A DNA stretch of 63,618 bases, counting the filler, from Octopus bimaculoides (Eukaryota): NCBI RefSeq assembly GCF_001194135.2. It is 3 parts of 3 records of this genome, joined end to end, with 100 filler letters (N's around TTAATTAATTAA, not from the genome) between each part and the next. Parts side by side here need not be neighbours in the genome. Positions count along the whole stretch, not along the records: positions 21,575 to 44,871 come from NC_068990.1; 2 more parts are not named here. The stretch is one strand, 5' to 3'. Positions 27,328 to 41,054 of this stretch are shown piece by piece. Position 1 is the stretch's first letter, and each line of letters opens with the position of its first letter. The notes under the pieces were generated by a model. It made no database searches. It worked only from the letters and a program-made list of their open reading frames with translations, and was not told where the DNA came from. The position numbers were made by a program, and so were the translations under genes.

Positions 27328-27538
27328 TTTTTCTACTACAGGGACAGGAGTGACATTTTGTGGGCAGTAGCTAGTCGATTTCATCAATCCAAGTGTTCAA
27401 CTTGCACTGATTTGATCGATACTGGAACGAGGAGATGCAAAGTTGACCTCGGCAGAATTTGAACTTAGAACGTAAGGACGGCCGACGTGCTGCTTCGCAT
27501 TTTCCCCAGCGTGTAAACAATACATTTAGCTTGCCACC
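27328..27538 (-). mobile_element. SINE family A (diverged)
   Basis: caaagttgacctcggcagaatttgaacttagaacgtaag etc. Confidence 0.75.
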
Positions 27539-27609
27539 ATAATAATAATAATAATAATAATACTAACAACAACAACAACAACAACAACAATAATGATAAC
27601 AACAACAAC

Positions 27610-27691
<82 letters not shown>

Positions 27692-27697
27692 TATTAT
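27539..27697. repeat. (AAT)/(AAC)n then (TTA)n array with an inverted junction at ~27657
   Basis: Read directly. Confidence 0.95.
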
Positions 27698-28073
27698 TCA
27701 GTAGTTTTATTTTTATAACGTGCTTTCACTTCACTACTGAGCGCAGCTCTGTGTGCCTTGGGTATGTGCTGTGGTTTGTTGTGATGCTCTTATGTTTACT
27801 GTATTGAAAGTGCTTTGCGTAGGATGTGTGCAGTGCCCAGTAGTGCAATTTTTTGTATGTCATATATATTTGTAAGTCCTGGTGTTTTTGTTATGTATTT
27901 GTCTGAATATTTTTTTATTATACCTAAGGCACCTACTATGATAGGAATTGTTTCTGTTTTTAGGTTCCTCATTCGAGTTACCTCCATTTCCCGGTCTTTG
28001 TATTTTGAAAGTTTTTCCATTTCTTTTAGGGAAACGTTGTCATCTGCTGGTATTGATACATCAATTAGAAAGC

Positions 28074-28077
<4 letters not shown>
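27698..28077 (-). mobile_element. R4/Dong-clade non-LTR retrotransposon, 5'-truncated (REL endonuclease C-terminus plus 3' UTR)
   Basis: KCFLIDVSIPADDNVSLKEMEKLSKYKD...IPIIVGALG...IQKIALLGTAHILRKAL* (stop at 27796-27798) has the D-V/I-x-I-P...K..KY REL motif. Flanked on both sides by (AAT)n on the element strand. Confidence 0.9.

Positions 28078-28128
<51 letters not shown>
28076..28128. repeat. (TTA)n microsatellite
   Basis: Read directly. Confidence 0.95.
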
Positions 28129-28484
28129 TCTACTTTGGGTACAAGGCCTTAAAAATTTGGGGGGAAACAACATTCCTGAAATATTTACTTCGTTACACTT
28201 ACGAAATGTAATTCAATAAAAAGATTTAAAAACGCAATTGTTATATTCCTGATTAACGTGATTATTTACTCTTAGCTTCCTCCTTACCATATCTAAATAA
28301 ATATTTCCTTTTATCCCTAACTTACTGGCCAAAACAGGCACCCGTTTGTACCTGTAGAAACACCAAATAAGGAACTCCATATTATTTCATGGAAATAATT
28401 GGAAACCTAGGGAATAATTCTTTTAGCGGAGGAAGTAAATTTTTCATCCGGATAAATATAATACAAATATATATATTATACATA

Positions 28485-28582
28485 CGTCTCACAAATCCAC
28501 TCAAATGTCACACAGTGGTACTAAACCCAGAACTATATGGTTGGAAATCGAACTTCTGACAACACAGTCACGCTTGTACCTA
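28485..28582 (-). mobile_element. SINE family C head, degenerate
   Basis: cacagtggtactaaacccagaactatatggttggaaatcgaacttct.acaacacagtcac resembles 4820-4885. Confidence 0.6.
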
Positions 28583-28944
28583 ATATATGTTTAATTTTAG
28601 AATTAATACACTATCTAAAAACGATAAAATATTAATGGAATTTCAAATTAAATTAAAGAGCAAACGAAAAAAAAAAAGCAACTCTACACTCCACGAAAAA
28701 TATATTGTATTGATTAAGTAACAAAATATAATTTTGATCGAATAGAGCTTTTCAGGAGAAATTAGGACAACACTAAAGCTACACAGTGTGACTAAAAACA
28801 ATACCAACAACACAACAAACAGCCTTTAGACACAACAAAAGACAATTATATACATATCCTCACAGGAAAACATACGTGCATCAGAAGGTATTGTAAAAAA
28901 GAGCTTTTGCAAGGAAATATCGAAAATCGAAAAAGCAATATTAA

Positions 28945-29135
28945 TTTCTTTATCTAGTAGAGGCACAAGGTCTGAAATTTGATGGTGGGAGGAGGTAGCA
29001 GTTGATATCATTGATTTCTTTATCAGACACGCATTTTTATTTTATTAGCACCAAAATGATGGAAGATTTAATCACGACAGGATTCATAATCAGAACTGAA
29101 GAAACTGGAACAAATCCCGAGAAGCATTGCGTCCT
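28945..29135 (-). mobile_element. SINE family A (strongly diverged)
   Basis: aggcacaaggtctgaaatttga...ggaggaggt... 3' module is recognisable. Confidence 0.55.
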
Positions 29136-29361
29136 AACAACAACAGCAACAACAACAATAATAATAAAAATAATGTGTGTGTGTCTTTCCGTGTTAGGTA
29201 CGTTATTAAACATGATATACGTATGTGAGGGCTGGTCAGTGTCAATACGAAATATTATTTTCATTTCGATTAAAACAGTATAACATATTATAGAGATAAT
29301 CTTTCTATTTACAGAGATATACTTGCATAGCAAGTGACTTGATCTGACTCACTTGCTCGGA

Positions 29362-29406
<45 letters not shown>

Positions 29407-31864
29407 AACTTGAACGGAGTAGCAGTTATATATACAACTTGAAAATATACACATATCAGGATATGTGTATATGACTGTGTATCTGTCTGTGAATGTATGT
29501 GTGTGAGTGTATGAGTGTGTATATATCTCACAGTGTGTGTATTCTTGCTAATTCAACTAGCACGTGCTAGCTTAATAACAACAATAGTTTCAAATTTGGG
29601 TTCAAAGCTTCCAGTTTCAAGGTAATAAGTTAACTGACGCCTTCAACACCAGTACTGAATGGTACATTGCAGATAATAGCAACTAGAAAACTTCCAACTA
29701 GGAATTCATGAATATGATACAAATATCTGCATGAGGTTTGGATTAGAAACATGCGGAGGCACAATTACGATGGTGAATATTTTTTGGGTGTTATTATATT
29801 AGATAAAAGAAACCAATATCGTATAATTAGAGCATTCACTAACTTACAAATATTTAGGATCACGCAGACATCAATAGAAAGAAAAGTTTGCGAATAGTAG
29901 AGATGTATCAGTTTAATACTTAAAACAGAGTTAGACGGTATCAAAAGTACGGCTGGTTCAGTAATTGTATATGCGAGTTATAAGTTTCTCAACTGAATGA
30001 GTAATGAAGACGGAAGATTAGACAGAAAAGAAAACAAACATGCAAGAAAAATAACATCTGGAAAATACTAAACAATTTTCGACGACTACAGAGATGTAGG
30101 CGTCACCAAAATTATTATATAATATCCAGCGAAAATTATCCAGTGGAAGAGATAAGGAAATTTGCAATACTTGCCGAGAAGTGCAAGGTAAAAAGTTGAT
30201 ATTGCAAGATTCTTGAATGTGGCAAAAGGAAAAAATAATCTTCCAACCAGAAACTTCCTAATCAACAGTAATGAAGCAGAATACATGAATTAACAGCGGA
30301 ATACATAGAAGCAGAGAACAGACAACCACATTTTTTGCGTAGTCTTACTCAAGAGACACCACATGGGTCGTTATGGCATAGTCAGCGATTTCATACACTA
30401 CACAACATGTTAGTAATATGAAATCTCACCAAATCACCAAAACTTCAGTGGTATAAACAGGCACCAGAAAAGGTCTTAGACGTTGACAAGTGAGTATATT
30501 CTGATATACCAAATGACGAAAAGCGGAAAATCAAATGTAGCTGTTGTGTATTTTTGTCAAGGATCAGCAGGAAAAGAAATACCTCGCTCTCGTAATATCA
30601 GTCTCAACAGACGATGATCCAAAAGTAAGTATTTGAGCTGAGAGATAACCAAAATATGAGGACTGAAAACCATTACAAACCCTATAATGAAAGGTGACTA
30701 ATGAACAATTAAATACATACAGACAAATAAATAACTCAAACCCCAAGATTTACAAATATATATTGCATGTAGAAAATAGAACATCTAGGCCCATCAATAT
30801 GTAAGACCACGATAACTAAAAAAAAAAAGAAGAGAATACGAAATGAAAACAAAACGCTGGAAGTACTGAAATCGAATAGATCTGCTCCCTGTCATGCAGA
30901 GAAAGCACGTAATAAAAATAACGTAACTGGAAAATAATAATTATTATTATTTCTTTACTGGCCACAAGTGTCTAAATACATTAAATGAACGTGTCGTACA
31001 AAAGAGTAGCAAACATAAAAAGATGTACATTGATTTGTGATTTGACATTTACACAACGTAGATTCTTGTTTTCCTACTCTGACTTTAAATGTTTGTAGTT
31101 GAAACTTTATCCGTTCCTCTAATTGCCATTTTCTTTATCGTTTTCTATCTTAAGTTTGTCATTGTATGTGGAAAAAAAATTCGGGGTACGTAAACATCAT
31201 TTTCACCATTACACTGAAAAGCTTGGCCTCCCACAATCACAAAGGTAACCATTTTGCAATAAAAACAATTTCGTGAATGGTTATTTCAATATTACGCAAT
31301 CTCATCCAAAACAAAACCAGCGAATGTTCTTAAACCTCGCTGATTACGATGCGCATTCATTCTCCCATGATTTCTCAATTATCTTCCATTTGGGCCCGAA
31401 ATTTTTGACTGTTATCTTTCCAATATATAAGTCTTCTCCATGTTCGCTTGAAGACCACAACTGTACAAGTTCATCTGTAGTCTGTGATCGTGGCGACCTG
31501 CTTGCCCTGGTGGGGCTTCTGCCTTTAGTATCCCGCAATCACATCGTGCTCTCCATTCAGTCTCGAATTGATCCGTGCCGGATATCCTACTGCAGAGATA
31601 TTCCTAGCATGGAAATTTCCAGGGGTGGGGGGTGGCACTGTGTCGTAACCTGTCGCTATTTTTCGTAGTAGTTTATGTCTCACTTTCATATAAATGTGCA
31701 CGTATGACGATGCTTTTCAAAAGATTGGTAGGTTCCTGTTTAGATGAACTCTGTGCACTCTGAGTCTGTTATCGACTCATATGCCTTCCACTCTGCTCAC
31801 ACTCTTCACAAGATTTCATCGTTCATGTCTCATTATATATTTATGGACACGCCTAAATAGACTT

Positions 31865-32000
31865 ACTACTTCACCTCTTCGATTTCATAACTCGCAACAT
31901 TTTTCACGCTTTTCCTTCATTTACGTGCCGTGTACATTTTGCTTCCATACAATTTATTTTGTATACTCCTGCACTTCGCTTTGGGCATCCTGCTCTGCTA
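31865..32000 (-). pseudogene. Possible GIY-YIG endonuclease remnant (PLE type)
   Basis: AGCPKRSAGVYKINCMEAKCTRHVNEGKA*KMLRVMKS resembles C...GVVYxIxC..C...YVGE. The second motif is eroded. Confidence 0.35.
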
Positions 32001-32144
32001 GTCTAGGCTGCGGCTGATCTGACGTTTACGCGATAATCATGATACAATCTGCGGTTAAGACGTATTTTTCCAGCTCACCGTTGATGTCGATGGCTCCTTC
32101 CCAGTCAATTAACACTATTTCGATGCGAACAGTGAAGATCATTG

Positions 32145-32178
<34 letters not shown>

Positions 32179-33129
32179 NNNNNNNNNNNNNNNNNNNNNN
32201 NNNNNNNNNNNNNNNNNGTATGTATGTATGTATGTATGTATGTATATATACCTGCAGATTGACTAGAATCGGTAAGTTACAGGACTCAATGTAAATGTAG
32301 AATATGTTTTAATATATTATCAGTGAAAGGCTCTAATTTCCAATACTCAGAGTTACTCTTTTAAGATCATCAGCTGGCAAAAGTAAGCCTGCTTTTCGTT
32401 TGAAATATTCGCTGTTTGAATATTTGTTGAAGTAAGAAATGAAATTTTGAAAGTGTATTCCTTTAAACCATTACTTAACAGCACAATTTCATGACTTCGT
32501 TCGTTTGGTATTTAAGACATAATATTATCACAAGGGGAAGAAATGAAATAATAAACGTGAGCTTAAAGTAGCCGTTTTTGCGCGTGTCTCTTACAAAGGT
32601 TTTTGAACAAATGAACATAAGGATAGACGTTTTCTTCAAACTTTCATTTCATATTTTAAAAAAACATTCTGACAATGAATAGTTCAAATGAAAAGCAGCC
32701 TCGGTTTCCCAGTTAATGATCGGAAACTAATAACTCTAAATACTGGAAATTGGAGCCTTTCGGTGATTAAATATATTGAAAAGCAGATTCACACAGACAC
32801 TATGGACGTATTAACACTACTTTGTGCTTATATGCATGTTTCAAATATATTTTCCTTATCATAAATGAATCTAAATTAAACATTTTTTTCAAAGTTATAG
32901 CTAACAGATAATATATAATCACACGCCCCTAATTTTTCCAGACCAAATGTTCCGGGTTCCTTAAGCATACTGTCTCAACTGGGAAATTCTCAATTTTATA
33001 AAAGCTGTCTCCTAGTTTCCTTGCGAGTTGCTATTAAGTGTTACTAACTTTTGTTCTCATTATTTTTCCATGGAGGACATATGAATAGCTTAAGAATTTA
33101 TCTAGCATGACATCCAAATCAGCCTCTGC

Positions 33130-33392
33130 GATTTAATAAAAATGATGGTCGTGTCTATAATAAATGGTGCGTCTGGAACAGTAAGCAAAGATATACACAA
33201 ATGGTTGAACAAGATTGAAATAGAATACCCTGTAGAACTCGTACGGAAAGTTTGTCTCTTAGGGACGGTAAGGATTATCAGTGGGGTTCAAAGCACTTGA
33301 ATGACTACTGAAAACTTGTGGATACCTAAGGTAGTAACCCGCTAACCATATAAAACCATATAAAGGAATTAGGACGAACCTGAGTCAAACCA
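33130..33392 (+). mobile_element. Second R4/Dong-clade 3' end (different subfamily)
   Basis: MVVSIINGASGTVSKDIHKWLNKIEIEYPVELVRKVCLLGTVRIISGVQST* parallels the C-terminus at 27796-27960. The 3' UTR ends in aaataataataat. Confidence 0.7.
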
Positions 33393-33404
33393 AATAATAA
33401 TAAT

Positions 33405-33601
33405 GGCATTGTGGCACAGAACCAGCAGATTTGATAGGGGGTAGTCGATTTCATTAACCCCAGTGGTGAACTGGTACTTATTTCAACGACCCCGAGAGAA
33501 TGAAAGACAAAGTCAATCTCAGTGGCATTTGAACTCAGAACGGGTCGAAATGCTGCAAAGCATTTATCCTGACGTACGAACGATTCTGCCAGCTCACTGC
33601 C

Positions 33602-33603
<2 letters not shown>
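33405..33603 (-). mobile_element. SINE family A, near full length
   Basis: Minus-strand head aaggcagtgagcTGGCAGAATCG...GAGTTCAAATGCC, with an (ATT)n tail. Confidence 0.85.
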
Positions 33604-33686
<83 letters not shown>

Positions 33687-33728
33687 TGATGAAGATGATG
33701 ATGATGATGATGATGATGATAATAATAA
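33604..33728. repeat. (AAT)n grading into (GAT)n
   Basis: Read directly. Confidence 0.95.
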
Positions 33729-35762
33729 TCTGTGTATGTGTTTGTGTGTGTGTATTTGCATGATTACTTATGCAGAAGTATATAAGTATTTGAGAAAATT
33801 CAAAATATGCACGTTTATAAACCTAAGATAAACGAATAACCGAACATAAATGGTTTTGTAAACCTGCGAAAAAAAACCCCAATTATGACGGGCAAAACAA
33901 CAAATAAAGAGCCTAATTTGCATATATGTTTATGGCTAAATATAAATTAGATATAACTATAGCAGAATATAAAACAAAAAAATAATAAATGAATGAGAAA
34001 AACTATAACGAAAAAATATATAACCAAGGCACACACATTTACATAAACAAATAGACAGACAGTCACACCCCTTACACACGCGCACACACCCCGAGAATAA
34101 AATTTTAGAATGCAATCAATTGGGAATAATGGTGTGTCACGAGCTTTTGCACTTGATCACCCATACTTCTCGAATTAACGACCAGAAGTCGTAAGCAATG
34201 ACTTCTTTAGTTCAATTCAGTACATATATATCGATGACTAAATAATGTTGATATTGTTTATACACTATATGAGTTTATTCTTTTGTTTTTCCTCTCTTTA
34301 TTTCTTCTTTTGTTTTCATTATAACCTTTTGTTGCAGTTTGTTACATTGTAGTATTGTTACCTTCCATTTTGTTTTCCTTCGATTATTCATGTTTTTTTT
34401 TTCTTTCATTTTTATTTATTGATATATATATATACTTATTTATTTTTTTTTATTCATGTATTTCTTTTTGTTAGTAGAGAACCCAGAATAGATTGCAGAA
34501 AGATTTTGGTCAATGAGCAAAGACAAACACTTATAGAAAGATGGCAATTGCCACTTACACAAATTTTCGTTTATAACCATTTGTGTTGTTTTCGCTTTTC
34601 CTGTTTTCCATTCATTACCTTTACTACCGTTACCTAGTGTTTCAGACACGTCATAATGCATATATTTACAAGCGACACATTGACTTTCGGTTCAAATAAT
34701 CCACTATGTACTTACGGCAGCAAAAAACAAAAACAAAAAACAAAAGCAAAAAAGCAAATGATTAGACTCCTATGAATGTAATTTCTACTTCATCCTTTCT
34801 CCACCTTAATTATCTCTAGGCAGCAACACAAAAACCTGTTCTTAGACAGAGAAAAGAAAAGTGCTAACATGACGTACACAAACACGCAACCACTTCCACG
34901 AACGCGTGTGTGGGCAGAGACACAAAATTCAACAGACACGTACTACAGTAATTTGTACATATGTTGACATGCATACAAACCCTATATATATATATATATA
35001 TNNNNNNNNNNNNNNNNNNNNNNNNNNNNNNNNNNNNNNNNNNNNNNNNNNNNNNNNNNNNNNNNNNNNNNNNNNNNNNNNNNNNNNNNNNNNNNNNNNN
35101 NNNNNNNNNNNNNNNNNNNNNNNNNNNNNNNNNNNNNNNNNNNNNNNNNNNNNNNNNNNNNNNNNNNNNNNNNNNNNNNNNNNNNNNNNNNNNNNNNNNN
35201 NNNNNNNNNNNNNNNNNNNNNNNNNNNNNNNNNNNNNNNNNNNNNNNNNNNNNNNNNNNNNNNNNNNNNNNNNNNNNNNNNNNNNNNNNNNNNNNNNNNN
35301 NNNNNNNNNNNNNNNNNNNNNNNNNNNNNNNNNNNNNNNNNNNNNNNNNNNNNNNNNNNNNNNNNNNNNNNNNNNNNNNNNNNNNNNNNNNNNNNNNNNN
35401 NNNNNNNNNNNNNNNNNNNNNNNNNNNNNNNNNNNNNNNNNNNNNNNNNNNNNNNNNNNNNNNNNNNNNNNNNNNNNNNNNNNNNNNNNNNNNNNNNNNN
35501 NNNNNNNNNNNNNNNNNNNNNNNNNNNNNNNNNNNNNNNNNNNNNNNNNNNNNNNNNNNNNNNNNNNNNNNNNNNNNNNNNNNNNNNNNNNNNNNNNNNN
35601 NNNNNNNNNNNNNNNNNNNNNNNNNNNNNNNNNNNNNNNNNNNNNNNNNNNNNNNNNNNNNNNNNNNNNNNNNNNNNNNGAATACTACTGTACCGTGTTG
35701 GGTTTTGTCATTTGCAACACCGAGTTCAAATCCGTCTGCTCTCTCCTTTGCCTTTCATAAAT

Positions 35763-35801
<39 letters not shown>

Positions 35802-37004
35802 GGTTGTGTGTGTGTGTGTGCGTGTGTTTGTGTGTGTGTGTGTGTGTGTTTGTGTGTGTGTGTAGGTTCATTTGTAGTAGCAAATATACGTAATATAAAT
35901 GATGGTTGGCTCCTCGAGTTACGCTTTACACCATAGAGGAGGAATAATAAAAAGGGATATATAGAGAGAGTTAATTTAAACGAAGTAGAATGAGTGGCTT
36001 ATATTTTTCTGAAAAATACACATTTACTTTTCAATGCGACTTTTCACGGGTAGGTTTCCATTGGAGTAGATTGCGATAACACTGATAAATATTTAATAAA
36101 ATAACAACATATATTTATTTCATATATACACTTGTACTATTTGCTTTAATTTTATATTCAGTTGATAAATATTTCACTTTCGAAAGTTATTATTCATTTC
36201 ATCATTCTGTATAAACACCGTGAAATTTGATAACCGTTTGATAAAAGTTTAATTATAATTATTGTATGTATACCATATTTCCTGATATTATGTACAGTGG
36301 TAAAAATGTCCAATGTGTATTTGTGCATTATTTCATAAATATATTTATAGGGGGGAGTGTTTTAGGGTCCATTTAATATCTATTAAACATGCAAACATAT
36401 GCTGGTATAAAAACTGAACTGATACCAGAGATGTCTCAATAAATTTTACTTGTAGGCTGTCAGTAGAAAAATAAACATGATAAAGTGGTTAATGCTGGTG
36501 GAAACATAACATATGGTAAAAAATGCCACTTATATGTAAAAATGTCATATATGAAAATCTATATAAGTTATGTAAAACCCTTCTTTCAGGATCAACATAA
36601 AAGTAATGTCTTCACTTCTCAGCAAGCAAATTGGAAAACAAATGTTGTTTGGGTGTGTGGTAAATGACTTTTGATTACCAAAGCAGACATATCAGATGAG
36701 TAGCAGCATAGGAAGCCTTTGGTCTCAGTTCGGAATCACTGCACAAAGGCCTTCGATTTTTTTCCCTAGTTGTAGATGCCAAAATCCCTTAAATATGTTA
36801 ACGTTCCAAATATCACAATGAAACCATAGGTAGTCGTGGCCTAACCTCTTTCTTGTCCACCATTTTGCAGTTACTGTAGTTGATAATATACATAGCACAC
36901 ATTTTGCCAAATAAAGTCGCAACAAAAAAAGTCACCCAGTGTCCTACATTCGAGGTTGAGCGCATATTACATGCTTCAATGCGCTGGAAGATTTTTTCCT
37001 AAAT

Positions 37005-37068
37005 ATTGGTTTCCAAAATAAGGGCTTCGTCTAACATACACGAGCGTCTTTTATGCTATTAAATACAA
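37005..37068. mobile_element. Possible Tc2/pogo-like terminal inverted repeat remnant
   Basis: aaaataagggcttcgtctaacatacacgagcgtcttttatgctattaaatac resembles such termini from recall. No clear partner end. Confidence 0.3.
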
Positions 37069-37187
37069 TGAATGCAAGAGGTATTTCTATGGTCGCTGCG
37101 ATAAAACCATGAGGATTTATTTCAATGCAATACTTCTCGTTTATGCGCTGAGCAAAATCTTTGGCGATTTTGTTACGATAATTTAAA

Positions 37188-37400
37188 GTTTATTTGTGTT
37201 TGTCCCTCCAACCATCGCTTGATAACCGATGTTGGTGTGTTTTTTCCCCGTAACTTAGCGGTTCAGCAAAAGAGACCGATAGAATAAATACTTGGCTTAC
37301 AAAGAAGATCTGGGGTCGATTTTTTCGACTAAAGGTGGCGCTCCAGCATGGCCGCAATCAAATGACTGAAACAAAGAAAAGAACAAAAGAATATAAAAGA
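37188..37400 (+). mobile_element. SINE family C 3' module
   Basis: Reverse-complement match to 4490-4685. Confidence 0.8.
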
Positions 37401-37470
37401 ATACTTTACAAGTTGAAACTCTTAAATACATGTCAGGATATAGGCGCACACGCATGCACANNNNNNNNNN

Positions 37471-37518
<48 letters not shown>

Positions 37519-39334
37519 TATGCGAATTCATCTAAAGATGAGTATTATTTTACAATGGCAAAGAATTTCGTTAGAGTCAACCACAAACGATGGTCGGATA
37601 ATTAGTTAACAAGACATTTTCGATTAGGATTAAATAAAAGTCATGAAGGAAATGATACAAAGGAATAATAAAATGGAATACAATGCAACTTGCCCATTTG
37701 CCCGGCTGAACAAAGCCAAGCAGATTAAAGAGAACATAAATTAATACGTATATAATGTCGTTGCATTCAAGGACATGTCAAAAGACGGTACTCTATTATT
37801 ATGTAAGGATTTCAAGCAGGATATGATTCTCTGTGCAGACGTGAAGTATTGCAACGGCGGATGCAGAAACATAGATAAAGACACGTATGCTAATGTCTAC
37901 CAAATAATGCAATCAACAAATTTATTAATAAGAATGTGAATGGAGTTGTATACGGATATATGTAAATAAATATATAAACACACTCAAAAACGTACAAACT
38001 CATCTTCCCTTTGTCTTTACCCCTCTTTTTTTCCCTCGTTTTCTCTCCATTTCTTTTCATTTCTTTACCTCTCTCTCTCTATCTCGCTATCTACTTACAC
38101 TTTCAAATCTTTATTATCCCTCTTAATATAATATGGATATGTACGTCACCAAGAGTTTACAATATGGTGGTTGTGGGGCTCTTGTATTTATATAATGTCT
38201 ATATTCTTTGACTTACACGATGGGGGGTGTGCCCGTTTTGTTTTTTAATCAGGTACTGAAACAGTAATCTTTGTACCTTTTCTAATTCAAATAGTTTTTC
38301 GAATTTTGTATTCAAGTTCACATCTTGATATAGCATCGACGAATTTCGGATATTGTTTTAGTAATACCACAAGTATATTCTGGTCCACCTTTCTTTGTTC
38401 TTTAAGTTTCATTCCAGAATTTGGTGCGGTTGTTAGAGTACAATGCATTTGCATCATACCTGGTGATCATTTCAAACTATTTTTTCTGATTCGTTTATAA
38501 ACCTTCATCCAATCTTATTTGTTCTATCCAGAAAATTGCGTGTGCCAGATGAAATCCTGTAAATGTTTTCTCCGTCCATAGGGTAGACACATGAAATATA
38601 TTCTTCATGATCATTACTAGGTCTGCTATCAAAATGTTTATTTATGCGTTTGTTGATATAGCAGAACTCTCGAGGCCCAGGTGCTTCACGGCCGTAAATT
38701 TCATATAATGTGAATGAAGGATTTGGTTCTTACCTTTCGTGATTTCTCGCCGTTGTGACATATGAAGAACTGATAACCGTTCGCTGCTTGATATCTGTTC
38801 TACCATATATNNNNNNNNNNNNNNNNNNNNNNNNNNNNNNNNNNNNNNNNNNNNNNNNNNNNNNNNNNNNNNNNNNNNNNNNNNNNNNNNNNNNNNNNNN
38901 NNNNNNNNNNNNNNNNNNNNNNNNNNNNNNNNNNNNNNNNNNNNNNNNNNNNNNNNNNNNNNNNNNNNNNNNNNNNNNNNNNNNNNNNNNNNNNNNNNNN
39001 NNNNNNNNNNNNNNNNNNNNNNNNNNNNNNNNNNNNNNNNNNNNNNNNNNNNNNNNNNNNNNNNNNNNNNNNNNNNNNNNNNNNNNNNNNNNNNNNNNNN
39101 NNNNNNNNNNNNNNNNNNNNNNNNNNNNNNNNNNNNNNNNNNNNNNNNNNNNNNNNNNNNNNNNNNNNNNNNNNNNNNNNNNNNNNNNNNNNNNNNNNNN
39201 NNNNNNNNNNNNNNNNNNNNNNNNNNNNNNNNNNNNNNNNNNNNNNNNNNNNNNNNNNNNNNNNNNNNNNNNNNNNNNNNNNNNNNNNNNNNNNNNNNNN
39301 NNNNNNNNNNNNNNNNNNNNNNNATATATATATG

Positions 39335-39520
39335 TATATGTTTGTGTGTCTGTATTTGTCCCCCCCCCCACCAACATCACTTGACAACCGATGCTGGTGT
39401 GATTATGTTAACTAACTTAGCGGTTCGGCAAAACAGACCGACAGAATAAGTACTAGGCTTCCAAAGAATAAGTCATGGGGTCGATTTGTTCGACTAAAGG
39501 CGGTGCTCCAGCATGGCTGC
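39335..39520 (+). mobile_element. SINE family C 3' module, beginning right after a TA-flanked gap
   Basis: Reverse-complement match to 4525-4705. Confidence 0.8.
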
Positions 39521-40641
39521 ATTACATTAATATACATCATTAGAAGTATAGATTTCTCTGTTAATTATCGTTGGAGGAATATATTCCAACATAAGTTGGC
39601 TACATCTCCAGCAATATCAACACCAATGGCTACACTCTTGATTACATAATTTATTACATAATTTCAATATAAGCAATCTAGTCATTATTCTTTGTTTTTT
39701 TTTCTTTTTCTTTTAGATGACACCAACAGCATGTGATTTCATCCTTCTTAATTAGTCATGATCTCTGTGCTCATAACTGGAATCCATGGTGGTTCTTGAT
39801 CACTCAAGTAATTACGGTTGGTCTTCCCTATACTGTTCTGCTGGGGTAAAAATTCTTCAGATTATATTTGTTTAGACCCACGTTAACGTATGTAATTCAT
39901 TTTTATGGGAAATCATAATTCATTGGTATCGTCGTGGCGAAACGCTACATTACTCGCACAAATTATGGCTGAAAAAAATGTCTATTGTATTACCATTGTC
40001 AACTGATGGATAGAGATTGAATACAGATATATTACATGTAGATGATGCATTATTTTGGACTGTTCAACTCATTAGCATTTAAGCTGACTATATGAGGCCC
40101 ACGTATTAAACCAAGATCTAATTTCTCACATTTACCCTACAATGCCATATTGAAACTACAACAATCACATCATTGAAATCTCGAAGGTACGAGAATATGA
40201 ATGATTAATTGAAAAAAAAAAAAGAAAAAATGAGAATACATAAGCGTTTCATTTGACAGAGTAATCTGAATCCTAATTGGTTGAAAGATTGCAGTCACAG
40301 TTTTTTTCGTATTAAGATATAAGTTTAAGAAAGAAGTATTGAATTCCAATGGGCGAATCAAAATGGTATAAAAAGAATAAAAATCAGTATGTTGACTATT
40401 TGCTTCAGATCTTGATCAGGCTTAGTATAAGTAACACAGAAATACACTGAATTCCCGAGCATGAATTTTCAGTAGTTCATCAACTGAACTACCGGGCTTA
40501 GTTAATTAGCGTGTAAGAGGCTGAGTATTCCATATATATGTATAAAAATGTAATTCTGAAGCAGATCCAGCGCTACAGGTGTAATCCATTCTAAGAGCTT
40601 CCAGACAATTTACTTTGAAGTTATAAGTCAACTTTTTAGAA

Positions 40642-40844
40642 AATAATCCTTTCTGATATAGGCACAAGGCCTGGAATTTTTTTTGCGGGGAGGGGGTAAG
40701 TCGATTGCATTGACCCCAGTACTCAACTGGCACTTAATTTATCGACCCCGAAAGGATGAAAGGCAAAGTCGGCCTCGGTAGACTTTGAACTCAGAACGTA
40801 GGGGCATTTCGCCCGGTGTGCTAACGATTCTGCCAGCTCACAGC
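40642..40844 (-). mobile_element. SINE family A, well preserved
   Basis: Minus strand: gtgagctggcagaatcgttagcacaccgggcgaaatg...gagttcaaagtc...ccttgtgcctatatcagaaaggattatt. Confidence 0.9.
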
Positions 40845-40996
40845 TTTAGAGGCTTTAGAAAATCATGCTTGCCAACACTTCTAAGTAGTGCGATTGATCG
40901 AGGATCCTATGATTGTAAAAAAAAGGTTGAACATTCAGTCATACACTGCATATACACACTCAAACATATATATGCATACACACACACACACACACA

Positions 40997-41054
<58 letters not shown>

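Noticed and set aside
32058-32125. FN3-like peptide IDWEGAIDINGELEKYVL on the minus strand
   Set aside because: W-x6-NG-x4-Y spacing fits, but the prolines are missing, there are no convincing splice sites, and a stop follows soon after. Probably chance.
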